Shown: positions 42,801-45,583 of the stretch, one piece after another | Position numbering within the stretch: the stretch's first letter is position 1 | Layout: the number at the start of each line of letters is the position of its first letter | DNA from: Oscillospiraceae bacterium | GTDB lineage: Bacteria > Bacillota > Clostridia > Oscillospirales > CAG-272 | Length of the DNA: 45,583 nt | Direction of reading: 5' to 3' | Assembly (NCBI GenBank): GCA_015064795.1 | Contig: SVRO01000001.1 | Span: 1 to 45,583 of the forward strand | The notes under the pieces: generated by a model | Seen by the model: the letters and a program-made list of their open reading frames with translations, nothing else | What the model was told of the DNA's origin: nothing | Database searches by the model: none | Translations under genes and position numbers: made by a program

Positions 42801-43624
42801 CGCCTCTGGATATCGTGCTGAATCCTCTGGGCGTGCCTTCTCGTATGAATATCGGTCAGGTGCTTGAGGTGCATCTCGGTATTGCCGCCAAGAAGCTTGG
42901 CTGGAAGATCATGACGCCCGTATTCGACGGCGCAACCGAGAAGGACATTTCCGAGTGCCTTGAGGCCGCAGGCATGAGCCCCAACGGAAAGACCGTTCTT
43001 TATGACGGCCGTACGGGTGAGCCCTTTGATAACCCCGTTACTGTGGGTATCATGTACTACCTCAAGCTGCATCATCTGGTTGACGATAAGATCCACGCCC
43101 GTTCCAACGGTCCGTACTCTCTCGTTACACAGCAGCCCTTGGGCGGTAAGGCTCAGTTTGGCGGTCAGCGTTTCGGAGAGATGGAGGTTTGGGCGCTTGA
43201 GGCTTATGGTGCCGCTTATACCCTTCAGGAGATCCTGACGGTCAAGAGTGACGACGTCAACGGCAGACGTAAGGCTTACGAGGCGATTATCAAGGGACAG
43301 AATATCCCGACGCCCGGCGTACCCGAGTCCTTCAAGGTATTGGTTAAGGAGCTTCAGGCCTTGGCGCTTGACGTTCGCGTTCTGGATAAGAACGGCGAGG
43401 AGATCCAGCTCTCCACGCTTTGCAACGACGACGAGCCCGCGCCTTATAGCAAGACCATCGATTTCGACCTATCCGAAGATTTGGAGAGGGGCTGTGAGAC
43501 CGATGATATTAAGGATTCTTATATTATTGAAAACGCAGAGGATTCCGACGAGGATGACGATTTGTTCGGCACGCTTGAGGACCTCGACTTTGGCGAGGAT
43601 GACGCCGATGATGAAAATCTGTAA
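39824..43624 (+). CDS. rpoB: DNA-directed RNA polymerase subunit beta
   Basis: 1266 aa with N-terminal [22 protein letters not shown], rifampicin-region [34 protein letters not shown] and the [12 protein letters not shown] motif. Confidence 0.98.
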   Translation: MVNVKEQRLGKNVRMSFSKTRNTLELPNLVEIQTKSFKWLLEKGLDEVLHEVSPITDFSGNLSIEFLSYSLDSKPKYSVEECKDREANYAAPLKVNVRLTNKQTGEVKQTDIFMGDFPIMTETGTFVINGAERVIVSQIVRSPGMYYASAFDKSGKKTYSAQVIPYRGAWLEYEIDVNGVAYVRIDKNRKVPLTMLIRALGVEPVGSVVKGKPTEYRSTIETKEDVYKIFGEEEKLVATFEKDECEELSARSREAIAIEALKEIYKKLRPGEPPLVESAHTLLSNYFFDQKRYDIEPVGRYKFDKKLSLAARVAGRKLASAVVSPLTGEVLFEAGAVVSMEDALAMEHAAVNEADILLDNGKTVRVLSNNTIEPQYIIGTDLTDCGINERVSTPVLLAIAEECGGDIDAIKEMCKARIAELCPKHITKDDIFASINYLFNLTYDVGCVDDIDHLGNRRIRSVGEQLQNQLRIGFSRMDKIIKERMTTQDNEKLTPQALINIRPVVTVVREFFGSSQLSQFMDQNNPLAELTHKRRLSALGPGGLSRDRASFDVRDVHYTHYGRMCPIETPEGPNIGLISYLTTYARISDYGFIEAPYRKVDKATGIVTDEIEYMTADVEDRYIVAQANEPLDENGRFINKRVTARDKAEIVEVDVSEIDYMDVSPKMVVSVATAMIPFLENDDNSRALMGSNMQKQGVPLMVTDSPIVGTGMEYSAAVDSGVVVVAKNEGVVERVDADKIVVLCEDGHKDVYDLIKFKRTNQGTCFNQRPIVSRGDKVQKGEVIADGPATANGELSLGKNALIGFMTWEGYNYEDAVLLNERLVRDDVYTSLHIEVYPLEARDTKLGPEEITREIPNVGEDALKDLNADGIVKKGTEVRSGDILVGKITPKGETELTAEERLLRAIFGEKAREVRDTSLRVPHGESGIVVDVKVFSHEQGDDLPAGVNKQVRIYLAQKRKISVGDKMAGRHGNKGVVSRILPPEDMPFLPDGTPLDIVLNPLGVPSRMNIGQVLEVHLGIAAKKLGWKIMTPVFDGATEKDISECLEAAGMSPNGKTVLYDGRTGEPFDNPVTVGIMYYLKLHHLVDDKIHARSNGPYSLVTQQPLGGKAQFGGQRFGEMEVWALEAYGAAYTLQEILTVKSDDVNGRRKAYEAIIKGQNIPTPGVPESFKVLVKELQALALDVRVLDKNGEEIQLSTLCNDDEPAPYSKTIDFDLSEDLERGCETDDIKDSYIIENAEDSDEDDDLFGTLEDLDFGEDDADDENL

Positions 43625-43642
43625 TGGATGAGGAGAATGCAA

Positions 43643-45583
43643 ATGGCGAATAATGAATTTGATTCGATTAGAATAGGTCTGGCTTCTCCCGATATGATAC
43701 GAGAGTGGTCTTACGGTGAGGTCACCAAGCCCGAGACGATCAACTACCGTACGCTGAAGGCGGAGGTTGGAGGTCTTTTCTGCGAGCGTATCTTTGGTCC
43801 GACGAAGGACGGCGCTTGTATGTGCGGCAAGTACAAGAACGCACACAACATGAGCCGCGACGGCAAGCCGCACAAGTGCGAAAAGTGTGGCGTTGAGATC
43901 ACCACCAAAAAGGTGCGCCGCGAGAGAATGGGTCACATCGAGCTTGCCACCTCGGTTTCTCATATCTGGTATTTCAAGGCGATTCCCTCGCGAATGGCCC
44001 TCGTGCTTGATATGTCTCCCAAGCAGCTTGAGCAGGTTCTCTATTTTGCGGAGAACGTAGTGCTCGATCCCGGAACGACGCCGCTTACCAAGGGTATGGT
44101 GCTTTCCGAGAAAATGCTTGCCGAGTATACCGAGCTTTATGAAAACGAATTCCGCGTCGGCATGGGTGCCGAGGCGATCAAGGAGCTTCTGAACGGCATC
44201 GACGTTCCGAAGCTTGCCGCAGATCTCAAGGAAGAGCTGAAAACGGCAAAGGGACAGAAGAAGACGCGCCTTATCAAGCGTCTTGAAGTCATTGAGTCCT
44301 TCCGCAAGTCGGGCAACCAGCTTTCGTGGATGATCCTTGACATCGTTCCGGTTCTTCCGCCCGACATTCGTCCTATGGTTCAGCTTGACGGTGGACGCTT
44401 TGCTTCGTCCGACCTCAATGAGCTTTACCGCCGCGTGATCAGCCGTAACAACCGTCTGAAGAAGCTGATGGAGATCCACACGCCTGAGATCGTGATCCGT
44501 AACGAGAAGCGTATGCTTCAGGAGGCTGTGGACGCGCTCATTGACAACGGCCGCCGCGGCAAGCCCGTAACCGGCCCCTCCAACCGTCCGCTCAAGTCTC
44601 TCTCCGAGATGCTTCGCGGTAAGCAGGGACGCTTCCGTCAGAACCTGCTTGGTAAGCGTGTTGACTATTCGGGACGTTCGGTTATCGTCGTTGGCCCGAG
44701 CCTTAAGATCTATCAGTGCGGTCTTCCCAAGGAAATGGCGCTTGAGCTCTTCAAGCCCTTCGTTGTGAAGCGTCTCACCGAGCTTCAAAAGGCAACCAAC
44801 GTAAAGGACGCACAGAAGAAGATCGACAGAGCGTACCTGTACCCTGAGGTTTGGGACGCGCTGGAGAACGTGATCAAGGAGCACCCCGTGCTTCTCAACC
44901 GTGCACCTACGCTTCACCGTCTTTCGATCCAGGCCTTCGAGCCGGTGCTTGTCGAGGGACGTGCTATTAAGCTTCACCCACTGGTATGTACCGCATTTAA
45001 CGCCGACTTCGACGGTGACCAGATGCCTGTACACGTTCCGCTTTCCGCCGAGGCACAGGCAGAGGCAAGATTCCTCATGCTTTCGGCGAACAACCTCTTA
45101 AAGCCCATGGACGGTCGTGCTGTTGCGGTTCCTACGCAGGATATGATCCTCGGCTCGTATTATCTGACCATGGAGAAGGCGGGCGAGCCCGGTGAGGGAA
45201 GAATCTTCCGTGACTTTGACGAGGCCATGATGGCTTACGAGAATAAGCAGCTCGGCCTTCACGCACCCATTAAGGTGAGAGTGGAGAAGGAGATCGACGG
45301 CGTAATGCAGCATAAGCTGATTGACGCTACGCTCGGTCGCTTGATCTTCAACAAGCCCATTCCGCAGGATCTTGGTTTTGTGGACAGAAGTGATCCCGAA
45401 AAGGCGTTTGATTTGGAGATCGCCTTCGTGATCAAGAAGAAGGATCTCGGTAAGATCATTGATAACTGTATCAAGGTACACGGCTTCTCGGTCTGTGCCG
45501 ATATGCTGGACGACATCAAGGAGATGGGTTACAAGTATTCCACGCGTGCCGCTATCTCGATCTCGGTCTACGATATGACCATT
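43643..45583 (+). CDS. rpoC: DNA-directed RNA polymerase subunit beta' (5' part, continues beyond window)
   Basis: The open frame from ATG 43643 (GAGGAG at 43630-43635) runs to the window end, exactly 647 codons. It starts [37 protein letters not shown], and has a Zn-finger CMCGKYK...CEKCGVE and the NADFDGDQM catalytic motif. It is absent from the ORF track because no stop lies in the window. Confidence 0.97.
   Translation, partial: MANNEFDSIRIGLASPDMIREWSYGEVTKPETINYRTLKAEVGGLFCERIFGPTKDGACMCGKYKNAHNMSRDGKPHKCEKCGVEITTKKVRRERMGHIELATSVSHIWYFKAIPSRMALVLDMSPKQLEQVLYFAENVVLDPGTTPLTKGMVLSEKMLAEYTELYENEFRVGMGAEAIKELLNGIDVPKLAADLKEELKTAKGQKKTRLIKRLEVIESFRKSGNQLSWMILDIVPVLPPDIRPMVQLDGGRFASSDLNELYRRVISRNNRLKKLMEIHTPEIVIRNEKRMLQEAVDALIDNGRRGKPVTGPSNRPLKSLSEMLRGKQGRFRQNLLGKRVDYSGRSVIVVGPSLKIYQCGLPKEMALELFKPFVVKRLTELQKATNVKDAQKKIDRAYLYPEVWDALENVIKEHPVLLNRAPTLHRLSIQAFEPVLVEGRAIKLHPLVCTAFNADFDGDQMPVHVPLSAEAQAEARFLMLSANNLLKPMDGRAVAVPTQDMILGSYYLTMEKAGEPGEGRIFRDFDEAMMAYENKQLGLHAPIKVRVEKEIDGVMQHKLIDATLGRLIFNKPIPQDLGFVDRSDPEKAFDLEIAFVIKKKDLGKIIDNCIKVHGFSVCADMLDDIKEMGYKYSTRAAISISVYDMTI

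Noticed and set aside
40025-43096. 1023-aa minus-strand ORF opposite rpoB (also 43469-45034 opposite rpoB/rpoC)
   Set aside because: The first is a codon-register mirror of rpoB (both mod 3 = 2). I did not check the register of the second, but it is likewise antisense to unmistakable genes, and the sense genes are universally conserved.
1-45583. Search for integrase, transposase, restriction-modification, toxin-antitoxin pairs, CRISPR-Cas or other multi-gene defence systems
   Set aside because: No ORF in the six-frame track shows recombinase, nuclease or cas signatures that I recognise. The only toxin-like gene is the self-inhibited fic.

Overview
Chromosomal window from a moderately GC-rich Firmicutes/Clostridia-like genome. 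That assignment is an inference from TTGACA-17-TATAAT SigA-type promoters, a T-box on alaS, and the ylmE-sepF-ylmG-ylmH-ileS-lspA-rluD gene order. Most of it is core housekeeping. On the + strand: the end of the ribosomal alpha operon (rpsM'-rpsK-rpsD-rpoA-rplQ); an aromatic amino-acid operon (pheA-aroB-aroC-aroQ-aroA-tyrA, then a DAHP synthase after a 470-nt spacer); a split ThrE-type exporter; a TrmH-family methyltransferase; T-box-controlled alaS; a 1216-aa secreted multidomain glycoside-hydrolase-like protein; tRNA-Glu(CTC); and a membrane pyrophosphatase. On the - strand: dapA, a small ORF, murE, a DUF3343 gene and a cysteine desulfurase. Then queA, an orphan gene, miaA, the division-cluster tail through ileS-lspA-rluD, a HAD hydrolase, rpsT, and rpoB-rpoC' (rpoC runs off the window). 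I found no CRISPR array, integrase, transposase or recognisable multi-gene defence system. The parts I consider most worth a second look are: (1) a promoter, a 58-codon ORF with a run of 11 Phe/Tyr codons in 13, and two intrinsic terminators directly upstream of pheA...tyrA, which looks like a leader-peptide attenuator, unusual for Firmicutes; (2) an AT-richer islet at 12.47-13.94 kb with a self-inhibited class III Fic AMPylase, a promoter-to-terminator unit that looks like an orphan ~140-nt sRNA, and a tRNA-Arg(CCT) whose 5' half is duplicated 156 bp upstream next to the only good promoter; (3) a cluster of six GC-rich palindromes between tyrA and the DAHP synthase gene; (4) a murE with DNPD in place of the DAP-specific DNPR motif, translationally coupled to a 109-aa ORF; (5) an AT-richer orphan gene between queA and miaA. 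All calls come from reading the sequence and the ORF track. No database search, folding calculation or GC computation was run.
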